From: Deltaproteobacteria bacterium | GTDB lineage: Bacteria > Desulfobacterota > Syntrophobacteria > Syntrophobacterales > Syntrophobacteraceae | Assembly (NCBI GenBank): GCA_012517775.1 | Contig: JAAYUJ010000381.1 | Location: 1 to 42,903 of the forward strand | Reading direction: 5' to 3' | Length of the DNA: 42,903 bases | Shown: positions 1 through 7,013 of the stretch, piece after piece | Position numbering within the stretch: the stretch's first letter is position 1 | Layout of the letters: the number at the start of each line of letters is the position of its first letter | Position numbers and translations under genes: made by a program | Notes under the pieces: generated by a model | The model's input: the letters and a program-made list of their open reading frames with translations, nothing else | Told to the model about the DNA's origin: nothing | Databases searched by the model: none

Positions 1-1
1 G

Positions 2-1081
2 GAAGGTGTCTTTGCCCGGGGGGACCGCCGCCTGGGAAAGGCCATCGTGCGGGCATGGGAATTGGGTGCTCGCTTCGATGCTTGGAGTGAGTTGTTCAGG
101 GAGGAACCATGGATTCAGGCATTCAAGGAGGCTCAGATTGACCCCCGGTTTTACGCACTGAGGGAACGCTCCCTTGACGAAGTCCTGCCGTGGGATCACC
201 TTTCCGCCGGCGTCCAAAAAGGTTTTCTCAGGGCGGAATATGAGCGTGCCATCGTGGAGGAACACACACCCGACTGTCGGTGGAGCATTTGCAGCAACTG
301 TGGTGTATGCGACCATAAGACGATTGCTCCGCAGCTTCACCGAGAACCCTTATTCACAGCTGAGCCAGTAAAAGCGCCTGTTTCAGCAGGTCTTCAACGC
401 ATTTTTCCTTACAGGCTGCGCTATTCCAAAATTCAAAAAGCACGCTTCCTCGGCCAGCTTGAGCTCGCCCAAGTCTTTGAGCGATCCATTCGACGTGCCG
501 GACTGCCTGCGGCATTCACGGAAGGCTTTCACCCCCATGTGAAGCTCTCTTTCAGTGGAGCCCTCCCCCTTGGATTGGAGAGCCTGGTGGAAGAAGCCCA
601 CATGACCCTTTCGGAAAATGTGCCGCCGGCGCTCATCGCGACGGCATTGAATGCTCAGCTCCCTGTCGGCCTGAGAATTGAAGAAGTTGTTCCAGTAGTG
701 AAACGAGCAAATCCTCCCCACGAACGGAGGGTGACATACGCCATTTCTCATCTGAGCTCGTGGGTCATGCACAGCCTGGTGCAGAACTGGCGCAGACATC
801 TGCATGAGTCATTGGCTAAGAAGACAAAGAAAGGGGAGATCAGGGTACTTCTGGCGGATATCCTTCTGGACGTGAGGCAGACGGGAGAATCTGCCCTGGA
901 GCTGGACCTTTTTGAAAGCGACCGTATTTGCTTCAGGCCGTTGGCGATTCTGCAGCATTTCTCGCTGGAATCCATCCACGCGTTTGAAATTTGCAGAATG
1001 TGCAAGATTTCCGTCGTTCCATTCAGGAGAGACGAAAATCCCGCAGCTTTCAGATCACAATCGTTCAGCCACACGCTATGA
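2..1081 (+). CDS. Radical SAM protein C-terminal region fused to a DUF2344-like (radical-SAM-associated) domain; 5' partial, continues upstream of the window
   Basis: The frame is open from nt 2 (EGVFARGDRRLGKAIVRAWELGARFDAWSE...). It has a Cys cluster CRWSICSNCGVCDH. The stretch YRLRYSKIQKARFLGQLELAQVFERSIRRAGLPAAFTEGFHPHVKLSF resembles the TIGR03960/TIGR03936 (DUF2344) families as I recall them. Track ORF 47..1081 begins at an internal GTG. Confidence 0.7.
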   Translation, partial: EGVFARGDRRLGKAIVRAWELGARFDAWSELFREEPWIQAFKEAQIDPRFYALRERSLDEVLPWDHLSAGVQKGFLRAEYERAIVEEHTPDCRWSICSNCGVCDHKTIAPQLHREPLFTAEPVKAPVSAGLQRIFPYRLRYSKIQKARFLGQLELAQVFERSIRRAGLPAAFTEGFHPHVKLSFSGALPLGLESLVEEAHMTLSENVPPALIATALNAQLPVGLRIEEVVPVVKRANPPHERRVTYAISHLSSWVMHSLVQNWRRHLHESLAKKTKKGEIRVLLADILLDVRQTGESALELDLFESDRICFRPLAILQHFSLESIHAFEICRMCKISVVPFRRDENPAAFRSQSFSHTL

Positions 1082-1104
1082 TTTTTTTGCGGAGGAACGG
1101 AGAC

Positions 1105-2673
1105 ATGTCTGCTGAGCTCATAATCAATGCCGATTTCTTTGAAACTCGTGTAGCCCTGGTAGAAAACGCACAGGTCGCCGAATTCTATGTGGAAAGAAGC
1201 TCCGACCGCGGCATAGGAGGGAACATATACAAAGGGCGGGTGGTAAGGGTTCTTCCCGGAATGCAGGCGGCTTTTGTGGATATTAATCTGGAGAAGGCTG
1301 CTTTCCTTTACGTCAGCGATGTATATCAGCCCGCGGGCGATTTTGAGCGGTTGTTTCTCAGTTCCTGCAATGGTGAAACAGAAGAAGGGCAGGAAGAGAA
1401 AGAGGTGGTTGAAGCACAGGAATCCACCGTGCCAGAGGAAATGCCCATCCCTCCTGATTACCCTTCCATACCCATTGAAGATCGCCTGCAGGAGGGGCAG
1501 GAGCTCCTCGTTCAGGTTGCCAAGGAGCCCATCGGCAGCAAGGGTGCCAGGATAACCACGCACATCACTATTCCAGGCCGCAACCTTGTGCTCATGCCCA
1601 CCATGGATCACGTGGGAGTATCCAGGCGTATAGAAAACGAAAAGGAGCGCAAGCGTCTCCGAGAGGTCATGGTTGCGATCAGACCCTCGAATTGCGGTTT
1701 CATCGTCCGCACCGCCGCGGAGGGGACAGAGCCCGAAAAGCTCCAGGCTGAAATGGACTTTCTCCTCAGGCTCTGGCAAAGCATTCAGCGCCGGGCGGAG
1801 TCCGCACCCGTATCCTCCCTGGTTTACCAGGAGCTGGACATTACTCTCCGCGCGGTCCGTGACCTCTTCACCAAGGAAGTGGACCGCCTTGTCATCGATT
1901 CCGAGCAGGAATACCGAAAAATAGTTGCGTTCATCGAAACCTTCATGCCCGCGCTGCAAAACGGGATTGAACTTTACGAAGGGGACGAGCCCATCTTTGA
2001 TGCCTACGGAATCGAAATGGAGATTCAAAGGGCTTTAAGCCGTAAGATATGGCTCAAATCCGGTGGATATATCGTGATTGAAACGACGGAAGCCCTTACC
2101 GCCATTGATGTGAACACGGGCAGGTATGTGGGCAAGCGGAATCTGGAAGAGACGATCCTTAAAACAAATCTTGAGGCCGTTAAGGAGATCGCCTATCAGT
2201 TGAGGCTCCGCAACCTCGGAGGGATCATCATTATCGATTTCATCGACATGGAAAAGGAAGGCAACAGGGAGAAGGTCTTCAATGCTCTCAAGGAAGCTTT
2301 GAGAAGAGACAAGAGCAAGACGAACATTCTTCGAATGTCGGAACTGGGACTCATTGAAATGACCCGAAAGCGTACCCGGGAGAGCATTGGGCGCGTTTTG
2401 TGTGAGTCATGCTTCTACTGTGAAGGGGAAGGCCACCTCAAGTCCAGGCAAACGGTCTGTTACGATATTCTCCGGGAGCTTGAGCGAGACAGGCGGGAGT
2501 TGTTTGGAAAGAACATCATGGTCACGGTACATCCCGAAGTGGCATCCCGTTTCTACGATGAGGAGCGCACTGCTCTCGAGCGCGTGGAAGAGCGACTTCA
2601 GGCACGCATCATGGTCAAGGGAGAGCCCGACCTTCATATCGAATCTTATGAGATCGCTCCCCTGGAAACCTGA
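1105..2673 (+). CDS. rng: Ribonuclease G/E family endoribonuclease (Rne/Rng)
   Basis: MSAELIINADFFETRVALVENAQVAEFYVER... has an S1-like N-terminus. RNase E/G catalytic core motifs are present (GGYIVIETTEALTAIDVNTG, GGIIIIDFIDM). The ATG at 1105 is preceded by GGAGG at 1091-1095. The track ORF start at 991 overlaps the upstream gene and lacks homology. Confidence 0.9.
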   Translation: MSAELIINADFFETRVALVENAQVAEFYVERSSDRGIGGNIYKGRVVRVLPGMQAAFVDINLEKAAFLYVSDVYQPAGDFERLFLSSCNGETEEGQEEKEVVEAQESTVPEEMPIPPDYPSIPIEDRLQEGQELLVQVAKEPIGSKGARITTHITIPGRNLVLMPTMDHVGVSRRIENEKERKRLREVMVAIRPSNCGFIVRTAAEGTEPEKLQAEMDFLLRLWQSIQRRAESAPVSSLVYQELDITLRAVRDLFTKEVDRLVIDSEQEYRKIVAFIETFMPALQNGIELYEGDEPIFDAYGIEMEIQRALSRKIWLKSGGYIVIETTEALTAIDVNTGRYVGKRNLEETILKTNLEAVKEIAYQLRLRNLGGIIIIDFIDMEKEGNREKVFNALKEALRRDKSKTNILRMSELGLIEMTRKRTRESIGRVLCESCFYCEGEGHLKSRQTVCYDILRELERDRRELFGKNIMVTVHPEVASRFYDEERTALERVEERLQARIMVKGEPDLHIESYEIAPLET

Positions 2674-2754
2674 TTCCACCTTAAGGGACCTTCCAGGTGA
2701 GCACCCCATTCCAACCCCTGCAACATCAGACCCGAGGAGGGAAAATCCAAAGCC

Positions 2755-4062
2755 ATGACGTGGAGCAACTCCGCAAAGCTCTATGAAGAAGCTTGCCGCT
2801 GGATACCCGGTGGAGTCAACAGCCCTGTGCGCTCCGGGCGAGCGGTCGGGATGCACCCCATCTTCATCAGGGAGGCCTCCGGATGCCGCATCACCGACGA
2901 GGACGGCAATCAGTACATCGACTACGTGGCATCCTGGGGGCCTCTCATCGCTGGGCACGCTCACCCTGCAGTCGTTGAGGCTGTTCGGAAAGCTGTCATG
3001 AAGGGCACATCATACGGCATTCCTACTTCCATAGAGATCGAACTGGCTCGCAAGGTGGCGGAAATGGTTCCTTCCATCCAACTGGTCAGAATGGTCAATT
3101 CCGGGACGGAAGCCACCATGAGTGCCCTCAGACTGGCACGAGCCTACACGGGCCGCAGGAAGATCGTCAAGTTCAACGGGTGCTATCACGGACACGCCGA
3201 CAGTCTCCTGGTACAGGCCGGCTCCGGTCTTGCAACATTCGGAATTCCAGGAAGTCCCGGAGTTCCGGAAGAGATTGTCCGGCATACCCACTCCATGCCG
3301 TATAACGACCTCGATCAAGTCGAGGGATTCATGAGAGCACACGGTGAGGAGGTTGCAGCGGTCATTGTAGAACCGGTTGCAGCCAATATGGGAGTAGTCC
3401 TTCCAAAACCGGGTTTTCTCCAAGGGCTCAGAACAGTCTGTGATGAATGCGGAGCATTGCTCATCTTCGATGAAGTCATCACAGGATTTCGTCTCGCTCA
3501 GGGAGGAGCGCAGGAATTGCTTGGGGTGACACCCGACCTGACGTGTCTTGGGAAGATCATCGGTGGAGGCCTGCCTGTCGGCGCATACGGGGGAAGAGCG
3601 GAGATCATGGAGAAGATGGCACCGGCGGGAGACGTCTATCAGGCCGGCACTCTTTCTGGAAACCCTCTCGCCATGAACGCGGGAATGGCAACCCTGGAAC
3701 TGCTCCAGAATGTTGACGTTTACAGCATTCTCGACGAGAAGACCGCATACCTGGCCAAGGGACTCTCGGAAGCTGCCGCGTTGGCTGGAGTGCCTCTTCA
3801 GACCAATCGAATCGGGTCTCTCGCCTGCGGATTCTTCGCCATTGAACCCGTTACCGACTTCTCCAGTGCCATGAAGGCCGACACTCAGGCATATGCCGTC
3901 TTCTTCCGGGAGATGTTGAAGCGGGGAGTTTACCTGGCACCTTCCCAGTTTGAGGCATATTTCCTGGGACTGGCCCACGAGAAGGCTGATATGGACCATA
4001 CCGTCAACGCAGCGATGGAGGCTTTCAGGTGTGTCAGGGATATGACGATGTCTTCCGGGTAA
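2755..4062 (+). CDS. hemL: Glutamate-1-semialdehyde 2,1-aminomutase
   Basis: 435 aa. The N-terminus SAKLYEEACRWIPGGVNSPVRS and the stretches YIDYVASWGPLIAGHAHP and FDEVITGFR are typical HemL / class III aminotransferase motifs. Confidence 0.95.
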   Translation: MTWSNSAKLYEEACRWIPGGVNSPVRSGRAVGMHPIFIREASGCRITDEDGNQYIDYVASWGPLIAGHAHPAVVEAVRKAVMKGTSYGIPTSIEIELARKVAEMVPSIQLVRMVNSGTEATMSALRLARAYTGRRKIVKFNGCYHGHADSLLVQAGSGLATFGIPGSPGVPEEIVRHTHSMPYNDLDQVEGFMRAHGEEVAAVIVEPVAANMGVVLPKPGFLQGLRTVCDECGALLIFDEVITGFRLAQGGAQELLGVTPDLTCLGKIIGGGLPVGAYGGRAEIMEKMAPAGDVYQAGTLSGNPLAMNAGMATLELLQNVDVYSILDEKTAYLAKGLSEAAALAGVPLQTNRIGSLACGFFAIEPVTDFSSAMKADTQAYAVFFREMLKRGVYLAPSQFEAYFLGLAHEKADMDHTVNAAMEAFRCVRDMTMSSG

Positions 4063-4082
4063 ATGGTGCGGGGAAAAAAGCA

Positions 4083-4111
4083 TTGACTCCCCAGGGGGAT
4101 TGTGCTAGTAG
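4083..4111 (+). promoter_or_regulatory. Candidate sigma70-type promoter for the F0 operon (TTGACT - 17 nt - TGcTAGTAG)
   Basis: TTGACT lies at 4083-4088. A weak -10 TAGTAG at 4106-4111 is preceded by TGc (extended -10-like). It sits 28 nt upstream of the atpZ-like ATG. Pattern match only. Confidence 0.25.
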
Positions 4112-4138
4112 CTGTGTGAACAAATACACGTACTTATT

Positions 4139-4369
4139 ATGAAAGAAGAAACTCGTAAATATATTCGGCAGCTAGCTACAGCCAGCAGTATTGGTTTCCA
4201 GGTCGTGTTCGCCATATTCATCGGCCTGTTCATCGGTGTGTGGCTCGATTCGCGATTAGGGACCTTTCCCTGGCTTGCCTTGGTTTTTCTGGTGATGGGA
4301 GTAGCCGCGGGCTTTCTCAACTACTATCGATTCATCAAGAAGCAACAGGACGAAGACAAGAAACCATAA
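4139..4369 (+). CDS. AtpZ/AtpI-family small membrane protein (putative F0F1-ATPase accessory subunit)
   Basis: 76 aa with two predicted TM helices (SSIGFQVVFAIFIGLFIGVWL; WLALVFLVMGVAAGFLNYY). Its position as first gene ahead of atpI-atpB-atpE is typical of AtpZ-like proteins. Confidence 0.7.
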   Translation: MKEETRKYIRQLATASSIGFQVVFAIFIGLFIGVWLDSRLGTFPWLALVFLVMGVAAGFLNYYRFIKKQQDEDKKP

Positions 4370-4376
4370 AGAGAGT

Positions 4377-4778
4377 GTGGAAGAGAGAACCGCGAACGAG
4401 CAACTGGTCAAACGAATTGAATGGATCGCCTGTATCTTTCTGGCGGTCACCACGGTCGGCGGATGGCTGGCTTTTTCAGCCAAGGTGGCTTTGGGAATTT
4501 TCCTGGGAGGTTTGATTGCCGGTCTGAGCTTTCAGGTGCTCAAGTGGCAGTTGCGCAAGGCATTTCAGGCTGCAGGCAGGATTCCCCAAAAGGGCCGTTT
4601 GTTTCTTAGCTACTATCTTCGTTTCCTTACAACTCTCATTTTGGTTTTTCTTTGTATTTATTTCGGATGGGCGAACCCTATAGCTTTTTTGGTGGGGTTG
4701 TCTTCCGTGGCTTTCGGGATCACAGTGGTTGGGGGATTTGAGTTCGCGGTCATGCTAACCAAAAAGGGGGAAAAGTAG
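4377..4778 (+). CDS. atpI: ATP synthase protein I (AtpI-like membrane protein)
   Basis: 133 aa with four hydrophobic segments, located immediately upstream of atpB. GTG start at 4377. Assignment rests mainly on size, topology and context. Confidence 0.65.
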   Translation: MEERTANEQLVKRIEWIACIFLAVTTVGGWLAFSAKVALGIFLGGLIAGLSFQVLKWQLRKAFQAAGRIPQKGRLFLSYYLRFLTTLILVFLCIYFGWANPIAFLVGLSSVAFGITVVGGFEFAVMLTKKGEK

Positions 4779-4781
4779 CAT

Positions 4782-5501
4782 ATGGAACATCCAATTCTTT
4801 TTCTTAATCTTTTCTTCGAAAAGCTTGGATTACATGTGGTCGGTCCCGACGAGGCCAAGACCTTTCTTGATTTTGCCCTCCAACCTCACGTCACCTATAC
4901 CTGGGTCGTCATGATCGCTCTGGTATTGCTCGGATCTATGGTAGCCAAAAGGGTGGAAATGATCCCTGCGGGTGGTCAGAACTTCTTTGAAGTGGTCATC
5001 GGAGGCATCGAGGAATTCATGATCGGCGTCACCGGCGAGCATGGCCGCTTTGCATTTCCTCTCATAGCAACCCTGGGATTCTTCATTCTTGTGAGCAACT
5101 ACCTGGGGATGATCCCCGGATTCTTTTCACCCACCGCGAATATCAATACCACGGGGGCCTGTGCCGTCATCGTGGTGGTTTTCACCCATGTGATCGGCAT
5201 CAAGTTTCATGGTGTTCATTATATCAAACACTTCATGGGTCCCATCAAGTGGCTCACACCTTTGATCCTGCCCATCGAGCTCATAGGCCACGCGGCCCGC
5301 GTGTTGAGCCTGTCCATCCGTCTCTTCGGCAACATCTTCGGTGAAGAATTGGTGCTTGCCATTCTATTCTTTCTCGCCGGGATCTACTTTGCGCCACTGC
5401 CCATGATGGTTCTCGGCCTCTTTACGGGATTCATTCAGGCCTTTATTTTCTGCCTGCTTTCCATGATGTATTTTGCGGGCGCAATGGAAGAGGCTCACTA
5501 G
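4782..5501 (+). CDS. atpB: F0F1 ATP synthase subunit a
   Basis: 239 aa. The conserved subunit a C-terminal region LSLSIRLFGNIFGEE carries the essential Arg. It is a polytopic membrane protein. Confidence 0.95.
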   Translation: MEHPILFLNLFFEKLGLHVVGPDEAKTFLDFALQPHVTYTWVVMIALVLLGSMVAKRVEMIPAGGQNFFEVVIGGIEEFMIGVTGEHGRFAFPLIATLGFFILVSNYLGMIPGFFSPTANINTTGACAVIVVVFTHVIGIKFHGVHYIKHFMGPIKWLTPLILPIELIGHAARVLSLSIRLFGNIFGEELVLAILFFLAGIYFAPLPMMVLGLFTGFIQAFIFCLLSMMYFAGAMEEAH

Positions 5502-5586
5502 ACTGGACCGGTATCGGTTTGGGGGAAGGCCGTATATATATTGACCGTCGTATTATTCTTACTAACACCTACAAGGAGGTTTTTGC

Positions 5587-5955
5587 ATGTTGAAAAGAGT
5601 TAGCCTGATGACGGTGGTTTTCGTGCTTGGTTTGACGACTCTTGCCCTGGCGGCCGATGCAGGCTCCGAAAAGGGAATGGGACTGCAGTTCTTCATCTAC
5701 TCCGCAGTCGCAGCCGGCTTCGGGATCGCAATTGCAGCCTTTGGTTGCGGTATCGGACAGGGCATGGCGGTCAGGGGAGCTGTTGAGGGAATCGCTCGCA
5801 ATCCGGATGCATCAGGTAAAGTAACTGTTACCATGCTGATCGGTCTCGCGATGATCGAGTCTCTCGCCATTTACGCACTCGTTATCGCACTCATTCTGAT
5901 TTACGCAAACCCGGTTTCCAAGGCGATTCAGGGCTTCGTCGGCTTGGCCGGCTAA
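5587..5955 (+). CDS. atpE: F0F1 ATP synthase subunit c, with an N-terminal extension
   Basis: The core is [57 protein letters not shown] (loop motif RNP, carboxylate E91). A strong SD AAGGAGG lies 8 nt upstream of the ATG at 5587. The protein is 122 aa versus about 70-90 aa for typical c subunits. Confidence 0.9.
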   Translation: MLKRVSLMTVVFVLGLTTLALAADAGSEKGMGLQFFIYSAVAAGFGIAIAAFGCGIGQGMAVRGAVEGIARNPDASGKVTVTMLIGLAMIESLAIYALVIALILIYANPVSKAIQGFVGLAG

Positions 5956-5988
5956 TCGACCGTCGCCGGAAGCTTTTACCGCAAATGG

Positions 5989-6027
5989 GCAGGGGCTGAT
6001 TTCCCAGAGGAATCAGACCCTGCTTTC
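5989..6027 (+). terminator. Rho-independent terminator after atpE
   Basis: GCAGGGGCTGATT (5989-6001) pairs with AATCAGACCCTGC (6011-6023). That gives 12 bp plus one mismatch with a 9-nt loop, followed by TTTCAAT. Confidence 0.65.
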
Positions 6028-6037
6028 AATCGGTTGG

Positions 6038-6065
6038 AAAGAGGCCGCAAGTAGGCCATTTTTTT
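6038..6065 (+). terminator. Second terminator-like element (short GC stem plus T7 run)
   Basis: GGCC(6043-6046)-gcaagta-GGCC(6054-6057) is followed by A then TTTTTTT (6059-6065). An upstream AAAGA could extend the stem against the T run. Confidence 0.4.
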
Positions 6066-6070
6066 GGAGA

Positions 6071-6096
6071 AGTTATGTGAATAATATCACATAACT
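6071..6096. promoter_or_regulatory. Candidate Rex operator (10-bp perfect inverted repeat around a TGTGA-N6-TCACA core)
   Basis: AGTTATGTGA-ataata-TCACATAACT. The core matches the Rex consensus TTGTGAA-N4-TTCACAA in spacing, with TGTGA/TCACA perfect. It lies 62 nt upstream of the rex ATG. Confidence 0.55.
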
Positions 6097-6157
6097 GTGA
6101 TTGTGCCTGCTGCATGTCGGTGTTTCTTGCCGGATCAATGATCGTTGAGGTTCGAGT

Positions 6158-6790
6158 ATGAAATTTGCCAAGATCCCCATGGCTACCATCACACGGTTGT
6201 CCGTGTACATGCGCACGCTTCAAGATCTTCTGGAAGATGATGTGGATGTGATTTCCTCTGAGCGCCTGGCCCGGCTCTGCGGGGTCAATCCCGCCCAAAT
6301 CCGCAAAGACCTTGCCTACTTCGGTGAGTTTGGTGTTCGTGGGGTCGGATACAGAGTGGGGGACCTCTTGGGGCAGATTAAAGACATTCTCGGCTTGACC
6401 CGCAGGTGGAACCTCGCCATGGTCGGCTTGGGCAATCTGGGTTCAGCCCTTGTTCGACATGCCAATTTCCTCAAACACGGTTACACCTTCACTGCGGCAT
6501 TCGATGTTGATCCGCAGAAGGTCGGCAAGCGACTTCCCAACGGCCTGCTCATCAATCATGTAAACGAAATTGAAGAGGTGGTCAAAGATCGGGATGTCAA
6601 TGTGGGGATCATCACAACCCCGGCCAGCGCGGCACAGAGTGTCGCGAATCAACTGGTCCTGGCAGGGATCAATGGAATCCTGAACTTCGCTCCCGTTCAG
6701 ATCCAGGTGCCTGACTGTTGTCACGTGGAAAACGTGGATTTTACCATCAGCCTTGATACGATCGCCTATCACCTTTCAGTCTCTGGTTAA
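6158..6790 (+). CDS. rex: Redox-sensing transcriptional repressor Rex
   Basis: 210 aa. The N-terminal winged helix IPMATITRLSVYMRTLQDL...SSERLA...GVNPAQIRKDLAYFGEFGVRGVGY is followed by the Rossmann motif MVGLGNLGSAL. Confidence 0.9.
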   Translation: MKFAKIPMATITRLSVYMRTLQDLLEDDVDVISSERLARLCGVNPAQIRKDLAYFGEFGVRGVGYRVGDLLGQIKDILGLTRRWNLAMVGLGNLGSALVRHANFLKHGYTFTAAFDVDPQKVGKRLPNGLLINHVNEIEEVVKDRDVNVGIITTPASAAQSVANQLVLAGINGILNFAPVQIQVPDCCHVENVDFTISLDTIAYHLSVSG

Positions 6791-7013
6791 AACGCCTGTC
6801 AGTTGCCCACGCCTTTCACGTGAAGGGTTCGTTGACAGAGCTCCAGGCAACTTCCACTGAATATGCGGGGAAGAATGCCCCCTTACATCCAGGGCAGGCA
6901 TGGAGCAATTCCTTCTCCCGAAGAATCGGCTGTCGCCCCAAAAGACCCGTCAGAGGGGAGTCTGAGAAATTCTCGCCAGGAGAACTTTCAGAGGTCGGTC
7001 GGTATTCCTTCAC

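Noticed and set aside
748-4083. Long minus-strand ORFs antisense to rng (748..2028, 426 aa) and hemL (3010..4083, 357 aa).
   Set aside because: They are shadow ORFs opposite strongly homologous genes, with no SD or domain signatures. The same reasoning applies to 9834..10718 (+, antisense to pdxA), 23815..24846 (+, antisense to rimO), 12660..13139, and 20378..21301 (alternative frame of the ccsA-like gene).
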